Shown here: positions 35,916-45,914 of the stretch, piece by piece | How positions within the stretch are numbered: position 1 is the stretch's first letter | Layout of the letters: each line of letters begins with the position of its first letter | Source of the DNA: Candidatus Gottesmanbacteria bacterium RIFCSPHIGHO2_01_FULL_46_14 | GTDB taxonomy: Bacteria > Patescibacteriota > Microgenomatia > UBA10105 > UBA927 | Direction: 5' to 3' | Assembly: GCA_001780895.1 (NCBI GenBank) | Contig: MFJJ01000010.1 | Span: 898 to 64,897 of the forward strand | DNA: 64,000 nt | Made by a program: the position numbers and the translations under genes | Notes under the pieces: model-generated | The model's database searches: none | Told to the model about the DNA's origin: nothing | The model's input: only the letters and a program-made list of their open reading frames with translations

Positions 35916-35934
35916 AACATATAATACTAGCACA

Positions 35935-36582
35935 ATGAAACCGGTCTATATCGTTGCCAACTGGAAGAGTAATAAAACAGTTGCGGAAACTCGTAGTTGG
36001 CTTGAGTCCTTTACATTGCCATCGAAAGACTGCACTGTTATTATTTGTGCACCTTTCACGCTACTCCATTTTTTGAACGAGCAAAAACTCCAGGTTCATT
36101 TGGGTGCTCAAGATGTCTCACCTTTTGGAGAAGGAGCGTACACAGGTGAAGTCAGCGCGAAGCAATTAAAAGAACTTGTTGAGTGGGTAATAATCGGACA
36201 CTCCGAACGAAGAAAATATTTAAAAGAGAGCGATGAGGAATTATCATTTGAAGTTTTGCAAGCAAAACAGGCGGGTCTCGGCGTTATTTTTTGTGTACCC
36301 GATGAGAATATTCATATTCCTCCCGGGGTAGAGGTTGTTGCATATGAACCCCAGGACGCTATCGGAACAGGAAAAAGTGAGGATCCAACGCGTATGAATG
36401 CTGTAATCGCGGGTTTAAAAAAGCGATCTAAATCTTTATACGGACTCTATGGAGGGAGCGTCACGCCCCAGAACGTCGCATCGTTTATAAAAGAGCCATC
36501 CATTGATGGAGTTCTTGTTGGAGGGGCGAGTCTGGATGCAGTAGCGTTTCAACAACTCATCGAAAATGCCTACCATTCATAA
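35935..36582 (+). CDS. tpiA: triosephosphate isomerase
   Basis: ANWK, GAYTGEVS, IGHSERR, AYEP..AIGTG, YGGSV, LVGGASL. Confidence 0.95.
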   Translation: MKPVYIVANWKSNKTVAETRSWLESFTLPSKDCTVIICAPFTLLHFLNEQKLQVHLGAQDVSPFGEGAYTGEVSAKQLKELVEWVIIGHSERRKYLKESDEELSFEVLQAKQAGLGVIFCVPDENIHIPPGVEVVAYEPQDAIGTGKSEDPTRMNAVIAGLKKRSKSLYGLYGGSVTPQNVASFIKEPSIDGVLVGGASLDAVAFQQLIENAYHS

Positions 36583-37576
36583 ATTTCGTCGTATGTATGG
36601 ATCAATAATAAAGCGCGTTATTTCAGTCGTTGTCGCCTTCCTCCTTCTGGTTGTTGTTACCAAAGTCGTTGTATGGAGTAAGCAGTTTATGGACGCTACC
36701 GGACTTACTCCAACAACACTTTTCCGTTTAGCGTTTGATACCGGTGTACCGCTCAATTCTTCAAACGGCCGGACCAATATTCTGATTCTTGGTATCGGTG
36801 GAGGAGTTCATGCGGGTGCGGATCTAACGGACACAATGATGGTTTTCTCTGTTGATGCCAACCAGAAGAGCATAGCGATGATTTCTCTGCCGCGCGATAT
36901 ATGGTCCGATACGTTGAAAGACAAAGTAAACAGCGCCTATCACTATGGGAAAGCCCCGCTTGCTAAAGTCATCACAAGCGAAGTGGTAGATCTTCCTATT
37001 CACTATGTTTTATTAATTGATTTTTCCGGGTTTGAAGATGTTATCGATCTCGTTGGGGGCGTAACCGTTGCGGTACCCAACGCGTTTACTGATCCGAATT
37101 TTCCCATTGCGGGTAGAGAGGAAGATTTTTGTAACGGCGACCCGGAGTATCGGTGTCGGTATGAGACTGTCTCTTTTGAACAAGGACTTCAGAATATGTC
37201 CGGAGAACGAGCGCTTACCTATGTGCGCAGTCGTCACGCAGAAGGGGAGGAGGGAAGTGATTTTGCCCGCAGCCGAAGGCAGCAGGATGTCATGGTAGCG
37301 CTCAAAGAGAAGATTATGCGGCCAGAAGTATATTTATCTCCAACGAAAGTCAGGGAACTCTTGAGGGCTTTTGATAACGCAACAGAAACTGATCTTCGTA
37401 TCGGTGAACTGGCTACGATTGCAAAAATCGTCTCGAGCATTCCCGGTGATCACATTCGTCGAATATCACTGGAAGACAAGCTCGACATTGCACCACTATG
37501 GCTCTATGGACGTTACGCATTGGTTCCCAAAGAATCGTGGGAAGCAATCCGCCAATACATTCGTTCACAACTATAG
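36566..37576 (+). CDS. LCP (LytR-CpsA-Psr) family protein
   Basis: TDTMM, SLPRD, KVNSAY, YVRSRH, SDFARSRRQQ. Confidence 0.92.
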   Translation: MPTIHKFRRMYGSIIKRVISVVVAFLLLVVVTKVVVWSKQFMDATGLTPTTLFRLAFDTGVPLNSSNGRTNILILGIGGGVHAGADLTDTMMVFSVDANQKSIAMISLPRDIWSDTLKDKVNSAYHYGKAPLAKVITSEVVDLPIHYVLLIDFSGFEDVIDLVGGVTVAVPNAFTDPNFPIAGREEDFCNGDPEYRCRYETVSFEQGLQNMSGERALTYVRSRHAEGEEGSDFARSRRQQDVMVALKEKIMRPEVYLSPTKVRELLRAFDNATETDLRIGELATIAKIVSSIPGDHIRRISLEDKLDIAPLWLYGRYALVPKESWEAIRQYIRSQL

Positions 37577-38140
37577 CGCTAACCCGAGAAGAACAAGAAG
37601 ACTGCCGATTGTGATGACAGAAATCCCTACGGCACCGGGACCAATTCCGGAAACCGGTACCTTGGGGGTTGATTGGGCTGGCGGAGTGCCTTGGGTAACG
37701 GGTGGAGTACACGAGCAATCTACTTCATCGGTACACGATGAGTTTCTGCATGCTCCATCACTACAGGTGAGATTGCTTGGGCACTCACTATCAGAAGCAC
37801 AAATTGCATTACATTGAGATATTGGTGTTGGAGAGGGTCCCGGAGATGAGGTTGGTGTGATTGTCGGCGTTGGTGTGTTGGTTGGTGTTAACGTTGGTGT
37901 TAGGCTAGGTGTGGCTGTTGCGGTCGGAGTAGGAGTACCTGTTTGTGTTGGTGTTGGTGAGGATAGCGCAAAGGTCAGTGTACATGCAGGAGCGACTGCT
38001 TGGGGAGCCACTTCAGGCACAGTAGGGGCAACAGGAGTTTTTTTGCTTAGCTGTTGACTTGTCAGAAAAACCATTACGGCTAAGCCAACGGTAATGATTC
38101 CCAATAATAATACGTACCAGTATCGTTTAAAGAAGTTCAT
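37571..38140 (-). CDS. surface protein: TM, Pro/Thr linker, Cys-rich domain, PVSG plus C-terminal TM
   Basis: CNAIC.SD.EC...C...CRN..C; VPVSG followed by a hydrophobic helix. Confidence 0.7.
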   Translation of the reverse strand: MNFFKRYWYVLLLGIITVGLAVMVFLTSQQLSKKTPVAPTVPEVAPQAVAPACTLTFALSSPTPTQTGTPTPTATATPSLTPTLTPTNTPTPTITPTSSPGPSPTPISQCNAICASDSECPSNLTCSDGACRNSSCTDEVDCSCTPPVTQGTPPAQSTPKVPVSGIGPGAVGISVITIGSLLVLLGLAL

Positions 38141-38143
38141 AGG

Positions 38144-39256
38144 TTATTTCCAATTGCCATTGATGAATACCTCTGCTTCAAATGAAGCCTGCGCTTGGGT
38201 AATGGCTGATGGGATATTGATGGCTAGTCGGTATTCGTTGTTTGTCGTAAGTGCCGGATTATTCTCTGCAAACTGGGTGATTCCCTGAATACGGAATCTT
38301 GCTTTTGTTGTAGCAGTTCCTCTGGGTGTTGCCAGTGTCACCGTCTCTCCAGCAGACAGTCTTCGTGTTCCGTTTCGGAGAGCTTCGGTTATATTCGTAT
38401 CACTTGCGTCGTAGACCCGGATCGCTTGGCACTGTCCGCCGGGACGATGCGTGGGCGTTGGCGTGTTCTCTCCGCTGGGTGGAGGATTGGTCTCGCCTCC
38501 GGGTGGTGGCGGTTGACTTGTTCCGGGAGGAGTGCTTGCTGTCGGTGCAGCCGCGCAGTTCGTTGGGTAACAGGTCATGCCGGATCCGTTTGGCGTATCC
38601 AACTGGACAAATGCGCAGTATTGATTTGCGATAGAAACGCAGTCTACGTTACCACTCCTTGTTTCTACAGAATTGATACAAATGGGTCCTGGGCCGCGTC
38701 CAGTTGGGCCATCTTTACATACATTGATCGTAACTTGTCCGTGACACTCGAGACCGCTTGCGCCTGTATCAGATGTAGTTCCTAGATAATCATCACAGTC
38801 TTTTCCTTTGGACGTATGAATACCACTATTGTTTCCAAATGGACTTGTGCCTGAGGTGACCGGCCGGAGATTTTTATCCAGTTGAATACGATCGGCGTTA
38901 CGTTCGCCATTGATTAGGTCGCCTCCGCGATTTTTGGCATCGATGGCGGCAATATCACTCCGATTAACGTTGTTTCTCTCGCCAGCTAAGCGGATGATTT
39001 CTACTGGTCGGTCCGGCGGCTGGGAGCTGTCGTTGGATTCGTTGCGCTGGGTATATTCCGGTTGTTGGGGTGGCTTATCGATATTTTCCGGTTGACGTGC
39101 CTCATACCAGCCGGTGACCCATTGCTCCGGCGTGCTACAGCTGCCGGGATTGACATTACACATGTTATCCGCCGCAAAAGCGACGGATGCTCTCTGATGC
39201 CACAATGTGAAGGAAAAAAATATCAAGGTACTAACGCAGAAGATACGACGTTTCAT
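38144..39256 (-). CDS. secreted Cys/Pro-rich hypothetical protein
   Basis: Signal peptide ending in VAFA; start 39256 or 39274. Confidence 0.6.
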   Translation of the reverse strand: MKRRIFCVSTLIFFSFTLWHQRASVAFAADNMCNVNPGSCSTPEQWVTGWYEARQPENIDKPPQQPEYTQRNESNDSSQPPDRPVEIIRLAGERNNVNRSDIAAIDAKNRGGDLINGERNADRIQLDKNLRPVTSGTSPFGNNSGIHTSKGKDCDDYLGTTSDTGASGLECHGQVTINVCKDGPTGRGPGPICINSVETRSGNVDCVSIANQYCAFVQLDTPNGSGMTCYPTNCAAAPTASTPPGTSQPPPPGGETNPPPSGENTPTPTHRPGGQCQAIRVYDASDTNITEALRNGTRRLSAGETVTLATPRGTATTKARFRIQGITQFAENNPALTTNNEYRLAINIPSAITQAQASFEAEVFINGNWK

Positions 39257-39263
39257 AGCGATA

Positions 39264-40127
39264 TTATTGGGCAACGGTTACTGTTGGTATTTGGTCCGCT
39301 GATGCGCTTCCAACTTTTTGTTCTGTGAGTGTTTTGCCAAGCCGATCGACGACTTCTACGAGATAGCCGTCAGATGAGGCTGGGATTTGCGCGTCAATAA
39401 GCGAAACATCCACGCTATAGACACCCTGTTGATCCGTTTTGGATGCAATAGGGAAGTAAAACCTGTCGGTCAGTAATGGGGAAATCACGACAAACACATC
39501 TTTGAGTGGTTGGCCGCCTGATGTAACTATCGTGCCTTCTACAAATCTGGAGGGAGGTTTCCTCTCGTCAAAGAGACCACTTATAACTGTTGCTCCAAAG
39601 AACGGATGGAGGGATATTTTCTGTCCTCCTTGGGCAGATAGTTCATGGGGCGTATACGGATCGAGGTTGGTTAGGGTGATCAAATGCATGCGAGAGAGAG
39701 TGTCGTCACATGCTTTTGTTTCTTTTTTCGTTTGTGTATTTTTTGCCATGGCGCACCCTTTTGAGTCCGCCTGTTCTTTCCAGATAACAGAGAGCGAAGT
39801 TTTATCCAGATTTGCGATATATAACTTGCTTTCTGATGTAACATATGCGGCTTTACTTCGCGTGTCGGCAAGCTGGCGCTGCTGCGAAACGAAGTAAACT
39901 GCTAGGGGAATAGTAAGAAGTAAAAATAGAAGCGATGCAACGATGATATTCATTCGGGAAAACCGTGATTTTTTGGGAAGAGGTGACGACGGAGGGGGCG
40001 GCGGCGGCGTATCAAGGACGGCATTCATTATGTCATCGGCGGGTTGAGAAGGCGGAGGAAGTACCGCTTCTTCCTTAAGCAGCGGTGCGTCTTGTAATTT
40101 TTGGGCAGCGTCAGCAATATCAATCAT
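39264..40127 (-). CDS. membrane-anchored Fn3-like protein with DTRSKAA motif
   Basis: TM, QQRQLADTRSKAA, H.ITLTNL.P.T Fn3 pattern. Confidence 0.6.
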   Translation of the reverse strand: MIDIADAAQKLQDAPLLKEEAVLPPPSQPADDIMNAVLDTPPPPPPSSPLPKKSRFSRMNIIVASLLFLLLTIPLAVYFVSQQRQLADTRSKAAYVTSESKLYIANLDKTSLSVIWKEQADSKGCAMAKNTQTKKETKACDDTLSRMHLITLTNLDPYTPHELSAQGGQKISLHPFFGATVISGLFDERKPPSRFVEGTIVTSGGQPLKDVFVVISPLLTDRFYFPIASKTDQQGVYSVDVSLIDAQIPASSDGYLVEVVDRLGKTLTEQKVGSASADQIPTVTVAQ

Positions 40128-40169
40128 TCTTCTTCTACTGTAGAGTACTTTGGAACTAGTCGTCAAGCA

Positions 40170-41387
40170 TTACAGAGCCAGAAGTGTACCACCTGCGACC
40201 AAGAGTCCAAAGCCAATAAACACGATAATGAGCGTTGGAAGTATCGATCCGCTCGTTGGTATTGGCTCTCCAGCAAGTGTTGATGTTGGTGTTGGTTCGA
40301 GCGTTGCTGACGGGGTCGCATCACCCAGAACCTGTGTTCCGCTTTTGAGTATTTCAAAAAGATGGGTAATTGCAATCGTTTTTCCAGAAGAATCTTGGGT
40401 TGTCATCGTGACGCTCTGTTTTCCGATTCCAAGGTTTTTTATTGGTGTATACCGCCAAATTCCGTCAGTGCCGACGATAGTCGTGTCGCTATATGGGTTG
40501 GTAATACCCAGTGTGAGTACGACTGTTTTTTCGGGAATTCCTGTTCCATGAATGAGAGGTGTTGTCCCGGGAATTGCTGATCCTTCTTGGGGAGCGACAA
40601 GAGATACCGTGGATGTACCAAGAACAGTGGGTTGCTTGGGCACTTGTGCCTGTTGTTTGCGGAAATCATAAGATTTGCCAATAGTCATGACAGGGACCGG
40701 TGAATCGTTGAGCGTATCCGTAATGGCTTGCGTTTCCTCTTTCCCCGCGACGCGGACACCAATATTTTCCGTCATGCGTTGGGTTGTTCTTAGGTAGTGC
40801 GTTTCGTCGCTGGTTCTTAGGCGATTGAGTGGGATAAGCCACGAACCCGATGGGCTGACGAACGTTGATAGCGTCTGTCCGCCTTCTACAGTTACATACA
40901 CGAGCGCTCCGATCGCCGGTTGATTGGTATCTGAAAGAACACTTCCGTAGGACGGGCCCAAGGCATTATTTTCCGAGGGTAGGAGCGAGGGGCCGGTAGA
41001 GACTGATTGGGAAGGGGATTGAGCTTTTTTTCCGTCGGAGCGAATAGTTAGCTGATATTGAGTGTCAGCAGTCAGATCGCGTACGGTCACGTGATGGGTT
41101 GTCGTCGGGATTTTTTTAGTAGGTGTGTCCCGATCATCCAACGCAGTACGGGAGCTCATGTTTCCTCCTGATACCAAAACGTCACCGACTACAGGAGACT
41201 GTGTGGTCCACGATAGAGAAAAAGAAACGTCGGTACTATTGGTGATTTTAATATTTTCCGCGTTTATTTCGGTTCGTGCAAAAAGAGTAGACATGGCTGG
41301 CACGCGTTCACCAAAAAAAATTATCCCGCTTACGAGGATTGCGGCAATGAGTAGTCCGGCGATGGTGGGTATTTTGGTTTGTGGCAT
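40170..41387 (-). CDS. Fn3 plus bacterial Ig-like surface protein with IPTSG and C-terminal TM
   Basis: ITN.TD.SFSLSW.T, THHVTV.DL..DTQY, G.W.YTP...L..G. Confidence 0.7.
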   Translation of the reverse strand: MPQTKIPTIAGLLIAAILVSGIIFFGERVPAMSTLFARTEINAENIKITNSTDVSFSLSWTTQSPVVGDVLVSGGNMSSRTALDDRDTPTKKIPTTTHHVTVRDLTADTQYQLTIRSDGKKAQSPSQSVSTGPSLLPSENNALGPSYGSVLSDTNQPAIGALVYVTVEGGQTLSTFVSPSGSWLIPLNRLRTSDETHYLRTTQRMTENIGVRVAGKEETQAITDTLNDSPVPVMTIGKSYDFRKQQAQVPKQPTVLGTSTVSLVAPQEGSAIPGTTPLIHGTGIPEKTVVLTLGITNPYSDTTIVGTDGIWRYTPIKNLGIGKQSVTMTTQDSSGKTIAITHLFEILKSGTQVLGDATPSATLEPTPTSTLAGEPIPTSGSILPTLIIVFIGFGLLVAGGTLLAL

Positions 41388-41389
41388 AC

Positions 41390-41584
41390 TTAGTATATTT
41401 TTCGCTTTACGATTTCTGTTAGTATGTCTGCATCAATGGTCGGTGAGAACGGCGTGATAACCTGCGCTACAGTTGAACTGACCGTTGTGGTTTTGACTGT
41501 TTTGACAAACTCAAAGAAAACCCACAAACTGACGGTGAGAAACGTAAATACCGAAATAAGCACGATATCGCGATCACTGTTCAT
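41390..41584 (-). CDS. small TM protein coupled to pilO
   Basis: Overlaps the pilO stop; single TM. Confidence 0.55.
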   Translation of the reverse strand: MNSDRDIVLISVFTFLTVSLWVFFEFVKTVKTTTVSSTVAQVITPFSPTIDADILTEIVKRKIY

Positions 41585-42230
41585 TGATTTTTTCAGGTAA
41601 ATAATACGCGCGAAGTTTCATAGTGAGTTGGAGCGGTCCGTTTGCCGATTCATTTCGCCCCGACGAGCTGGGTGAAAAATTAATTTTCTCCACAGTGATT
41701 ATTCTACGCATATCTATCATACCATTCAAGAATGCTTGGAGCTGTTCAAATGTACCGGTAAGAGTCATTCCAAACGACAATTCATACGGAGTGCCCGGTT
41801 TTTGTGCTACACTCGCCGATACAGTAGCACCGGTTACCGAAACATCAGAAACACGGACTGCGGAGATAGAAGCCTGAGTAACTCCTGCTAGAGCGTTCAA
41901 TTGACTCATGATCCGGATGATATCCGGTGTTGAAGGAAGGGCTTGGGAGAGCAATGGAAGATTTGGTTCGATTTGGGTGAGGTTATTTTGTGCTTCGATG
42001 AGTGCGGTGATTTTTTCCTCCATTTTTTGGTTTACCTCTGTTTTGTCTTTTATCTCCCGGCGCAGATAGAGAATAGTTTGCAGTGTCGGACGTATTGCGT
42101 ACCAGGCAAATAACGATATGGATAAAAAGGTAAAGGCGATGGTAGTATAGAGATGGGTATTGGGACGCTTGCGCATCTCCGTGACAATTTGATAATACCG
42201 ATGATATTGCTGGTAATCAATTTTTTTCAT
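41574..42230 (-). CDS. pilO: type IV pilus assembly protein PilO-like
   Basis: TM, coiled coil, ALP..PD, GTFEQL..FL..M.RII.V. Confidence 0.75.
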   Translation of the reverse strand: MKKIDYQQYHRYYQIVTEMRKRPNTHLYTTIAFTFLSISLFAWYAIRPTLQTILYLRREIKDKTEVNQKMEEKITALIEAQNNLTQIEPNLPLLSQALPSTPDIIRIMSQLNALAGVTQASISAVRVSDVSVTGATVSASVAQKPGTPYELSFGMTLTGTFEQLQAFLNGMIDMRRIITVEKINFSPSSSGRNESANGPLQLTMKLRAYYLPEKINEQ

Positions 42231-42799
42231 GGATTTCGTTTCGGTTGGGGTGTAGACCCGATTTCAACGGTAAGATCAAATTGCGACCCTCCCATTTTTC
42301 CGGTCGTGATATCTCCAATGGTGACAGAAGAAACATGAGGGTTTGCTTTGAGATTGGTAAGAAGGGATGATACACCTTGTGTTGTACCTACAATAACAGA
42401 CATTTTCGCCTCCTTTTCTGATATATCCAGTGATTCTAAATATGCGTCAGGGGGAAGCGCATTTTGAATATCCCGTAGCGTTGTAATGGGCTCTGCCTGA
42501 TTGGTGATAAGCGTTCTGATGGTAGTGAGTTTTTGCTGAACCAAACGTATTTGTTGTTCGAGACTATTATTTGTTTCGATAATCGCTTGTTTTTGAGTGA
42601 TTTCTTCTTTGAGATCAGTGAGCTTGCGATCGAGACTAAAGCGTGAAATAAAAGCAAGAAGTACGATAATTTCTGTGAGGATCATGATATAGCGGCCATA
42701 CGTCGTGGCCCACGTAACAATCCGGCCGATTGGGGTGCGGGAGAAATCACCCTCTCCAATGAGGTTTATATCGATGCGCGAGAATTTCGTGGCAGGCAT
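42227..42799 (-). CDS. pilN: type IV pilus assembly protein PilN-like
   Basis: INL, TM, coiled coil, LPPD..L..L; TATACT 6 nt before ATG 42799. Confidence 0.7.
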   Translation of the reverse strand: MPATKFSRIDINLIGEGDFSRTPIGRIVTWATTYGRYIMILTEIIVLLAFISRFSLDRKLTDLKEEITQKQAIIETNNSLEQQIRLVQQKLTTIRTLITNQAEPITTLRDIQNALPPDAYLESLDISEKEAKMSVIVGTTQGVSSLLTNLKANPHVSSVTIGDITTGKMGGSQFDLTVEIGSTPQPKRNP

Positions 42800-42818
42800 G
42801 GTATTAGTATAACGCCAA

Positions 42819-43058
42819 TTAGACAAATTTGGCTAATTTGGAGAGTCGGGTTTTGAGGCGAGCAGAAGTATTTTTATGGATCACATGTCTATTGGTTGCT
42901 TTATCAAGCATCATGAATGCTTTCGCCAGATTCTTCGCGTTTGGAGATTTTCGTACGAGTTTGACCGCGCTCCGAACCGACTCCCGAGTATTTGCATTAC
43001 GATCAGTTCTCCTTCTGTCGCTGCGCATTTTCTTGATTGCTTGTTTCGTAATTGGCAT
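42819..43058 (-). CDS. rpsT: 30S ribosomal protein S20
   Basis: MPITKQAIKKMR...LDKA....IHKNTSARLKTRL. Confidence 0.95.
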   Translation of the reverse strand: MPITKQAIKKMRSDRRRTDRNANTRESVRSAVKLVRKSPNAKNLAKAFMMLDKATNRHVIHKNTSARLKTRLSKLAKFV

Positions 43059-43128
43059 GGCTGGTAAAGGAGTATAGCATAAAACGGCCAGTGTCGAAAG
43101 GGCGCGCTGCCTTGTATAATGGGTAATA

Positions 43129-44754
43129 ATGGAACGGATATTGGGAATTTTTTATCGAAGACAGGGAGGCATTGGATCGGCTGCGTTCGTTTTGGCGTCA
43201 ATGGTTCTTACATCGCGCGTATTTGGTCTCATCCGTGATCGCATGCTTGCTTCGCGTTTTGGACCTGATGAATTGGGGGTATATTTTGCGGCGTTTCGTA
43301 TCCCTAATCTCGTATTTGAGTTATTGGTGATGGGTGCACTTACTTCTTCGTTTATTCCGGTATTTACGAAATATCTTGCCACTAAGCGCGAGAATGACGC
43401 GTGGATCATGTCGTCAGTGCTCATTAATGTGAGTACGGTTATTTTGGCAGTTCTCGCGATCCCTCTCTTTATCTGGGCGGATGCGTTATGTAGAGTACTG
43501 GCACCAGGATTTAACAACGCACAACAAGCACAGATGGCGGTATTTACTCGGTTTCTCTTGTTGTTTCAGGTAGTACCGTTATGTATCGGCAATTATTTAA
43601 CCGGGATTTTGCAATCGTTTCGTTTGTTTTTGATTCCGGCTTTAGCGCCGGTTGTCTATAACGTTGGTATTATCGCAGGTATTTTCTTCCTCTCTCCTTC
43701 ATATGGTTTGATGGCACCGGTGATTGGAGTGGGGCTTGGAGCTCTCCTTTTTGTGATTATTCAATTGCCACTTTTATGGCATATCGGATATCGCTATACA
43801 CCGATATTTTCCTTATCTCACCGGGGGGTAGTAGAAGTAGCAAAGCTCGTAGGACCCAGAACGATCGGGCTCGCAGCCTCGCAAATAGATACAACGGTTG
43901 ATCTTATGTTAGCGAGTTTATTGGGAGCGAGGTATGTAACAATCTTTAATTTCGCCCAACATCTTCAGCAGCTTCCGGTAGGATTATTTGGCATCACGAT
44001 CGCACAAGCGGCATTACCGACATTGTCACTATCGTCAGCGTCGGAGGACCGAGCGCAATTTCATAAAATTATTTTATCGTCCCTTCATCAGATATTATTT
44101 TTTGTGCTTCCTATTTCTGCTCTCTTTATCGTGCTCCGAATCCCGGTGGTGCGTCTCGTTTTTGGTGCGTCTCATTTTGATTGGTCCGCAACGGTACTTA
44201 CCGGTATGACATTATCCACATTTAGTATTTCTCTGTTTGCGCAATCGATCGGGCAAGTTCTTGCGCGTGGATTTTATGCCCTCTACGATAGCAAAACTCC
44301 GGTAACGGTAAGCGTTGTAACGATAGTTTTAAACACCGTTTTATCTATCATATTTATTCGCTGGTTAGCCCTTCCCGTATGGTCGCTCGGTCTTTCTACA
44401 TCGATTGCAAGCATTATGTATGCAGGAGCACTTCTGATTCTTCTGGATAGGCGGTTGGGGACATTTCCCCGTCGGGAGTTACTTCTTCCTCCGCTCAAAA
44501 TGATTATGGCAGCTATCGTGATGGCGGGAATGCTCTATATACCACTCAAGCTTTTAGATCAGCTCGTTTTTGACACGACGCGAACAATGGGATTAATATT
44601 GTTGACCGGTATTGCGGGAGCGATTGGATTGTCTTCGTATCTTTTTCTTACGTGGGTATTTGGCGTTGGCGAGGTGCGATCGCTCATTACATTTGTAAAG
44701 AGATTGCGGAAGCAAGGAACTATTTTACTTGAACCGGCGAGTGAAGTTAGTTAA
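43129..44754 (+). CDS. murJ: lipid II flippase MurJ
   Basis: SRVFGLIRD, AAFRIPN, FIPVF, QLPVGLFG, RGFYALYDSKTP. Confidence 0.95.
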   Translation: MERILGIFYRRQGGIGSAAFVLASMVLTSRVFGLIRDRMLASRFGPDELGVYFAAFRIPNLVFELLVMGALTSSFIPVFTKYLATKRENDAWIMSSVLINVSTVILAVLAIPLFIWADALCRVLAPGFNNAQQAQMAVFTRFLLLFQVVPLCIGNYLTGILQSFRLFLIPALAPVVYNVGIIAGIFFLSPSYGLMAPVIGVGLGALLFVIIQLPLLWHIGYRYTPIFSLSHRGVVEVAKLVGPRTIGLAASQIDTTVDLMLASLLGARYVTIFNFAQHLQQLPVGLFGITIAQAALPTLSLSSASEDRAQFHKIILSSLHQILFFVLPISALFIVLRIPVVRLVFGASHFDWSATVLTGMTLSTFSISLFAQSIGQVLARGFYALYDSKTPVTVSVVTIVLNTVLSIIFIRWLALPVWSLGLSTSIASIMYAGALLILLDRRLGTFPRRELLLPPLKMIMAAIVMAGMLYIPLKLLDQLVFDTTRTMGLILLTGIAGAIGLSSYLFLTWVFGVGEVRSLITFVKRLRKQGTILLEPASEVS

Positions 44755-45914
44755 GGTGATGGTGGTTGTTCTGGTACAAATGGACTTGCTTCACTGGCCG
44801 TCTGTGTTTCGTTCGTTGGCCCCGATTCAATCGGGGTTGGCGGAATGTACGGAGGAGGCGGATTCATCCTTCGACGGATGATGATGAAGATACCAATCGC
44901 AGTTGTCAGTCCAAGTATGATCCAGATCCATGCTCCGAGACCACCTTTGGCAACCGTGAAGTCATCCGTATACGTCGTACTTACACCATTAATATCAGTT
45001 GCCGTGACGCGGAGTTGTTTTGCTCCGGGAGTAAGTTTTTGAGTAATGATATAGCGCCATTGACCATTTTCATCCGCCGTTGCGGTGCCAAAAATTCCAT
45101 CTGGAGAGATTTCGATCGTAATTTGTGCATTGGGTGAGGATGATCCGCTTATCGTAAAACTTGAGGGTGATTCTTTTTTGCTATTGGTAAATGAGGTGAC
45201 CGTCAGTGTCGGTGGTTCTGATGCAATAAATGGAGTCGGCGTGAGTGTGGGCAAGAGCACCAGAGTCGGACTTGCAGTTGCAATTGGTGTTGTTGTGGGA
45301 CGACGTGTTGGAGTAATCGTCGGCCGTCGGGTTGGCGTGACTGTTGGTCGAAATCCACCAACGCCTGATGTAGGGGTGGGTGTATTGGTTGGAGTGTTGG
45401 TAGGAGAAGATGTTGGCGTGTTGGTTGGAGTGTTGGCCGGTGTTAGGCTAGGAGTTGGGCTGCCCGTCGGCGTTAGGGTTGGTGTGCTGGTTGGTGTTGC
45501 GGTAGCCTGTGACAGAGGAGGAAATTTAAATTTTTTGGAAACTGCATCGTAACAATTGGGATCGGTGACGATCAAAGGATCGTTGGTCTTCCCAGCGCCT
45601 GCCTCAAGGCTCTTCCATTCGTAGACGTTGCCGGAGGGAAGTATGTAATACCATATACTCTTTTTATTCCAAAACCACTTTTCTTTAAGACCACCCCAAT
45701 TGCGGAAAATACCGTCGGGGTGAATCGTCAAAGGGCTACCAGAAGAGAGTGCATTGACGGTGATTTGGCAGGGGACGGGCAATGGGGTTGGTTCGGCAGC
45801 CCGGTTGCGAATATCTTGTTGTTGCTGTGTGACAAAAACTCCTGCAATTAAACCCAAACCGGCAATGAGCAGTGCGATAAACAGCAAATATTCTTTTTTG
45901 AGAAGTTTTTTCAT
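44751..45914 (-). CDS. surface protein: DIRNRAA motif, Pro/Thr repeats, Ig-like domain, C-terminal TM
   Basis: Motifs visible in the translation. Confidence 0.7.
   Translation of the reverse strand: MKKLLKKEYLLFIALLIAGLGLIAGVFVTQQQQDIRNRAAEPTPLPVPCQITVNALSSGSPLTIHPDGIFRNWGGLKEKWFWNKKSIWYYILPSGNVYEWKSLEAGAGKTNDPLIVTDPNCYDAVSKKFKFPPLSQATATPTSTPTLTPTGSPTPSLTPANTPTNTPTSSPTNTPTNTPTPTSGVGGFRPTVTPTRRPTITPTRRPTTTPIATASPTLVLLPTLTPTPFIASEPPTLTVTSFTNSKKESPSSFTISGSSSPNAQITIEISPDGIFGTATADENGQWRYIITQKLTPGAKQLRVTATDINGVSTTYTDDFTVAKGGLGAWIWIILGLTTAIGIFIIIRRRMNPPPPYIPPTPIESGPTNETQTASEASPFVPEQPPSP

Noticed and set aside
45230-45510. GTTGGT/GGAGT-type tandem repeats (also 37820-37960)
   Set aside because: Explained by Pro/Thr linker codons on the minus strand.
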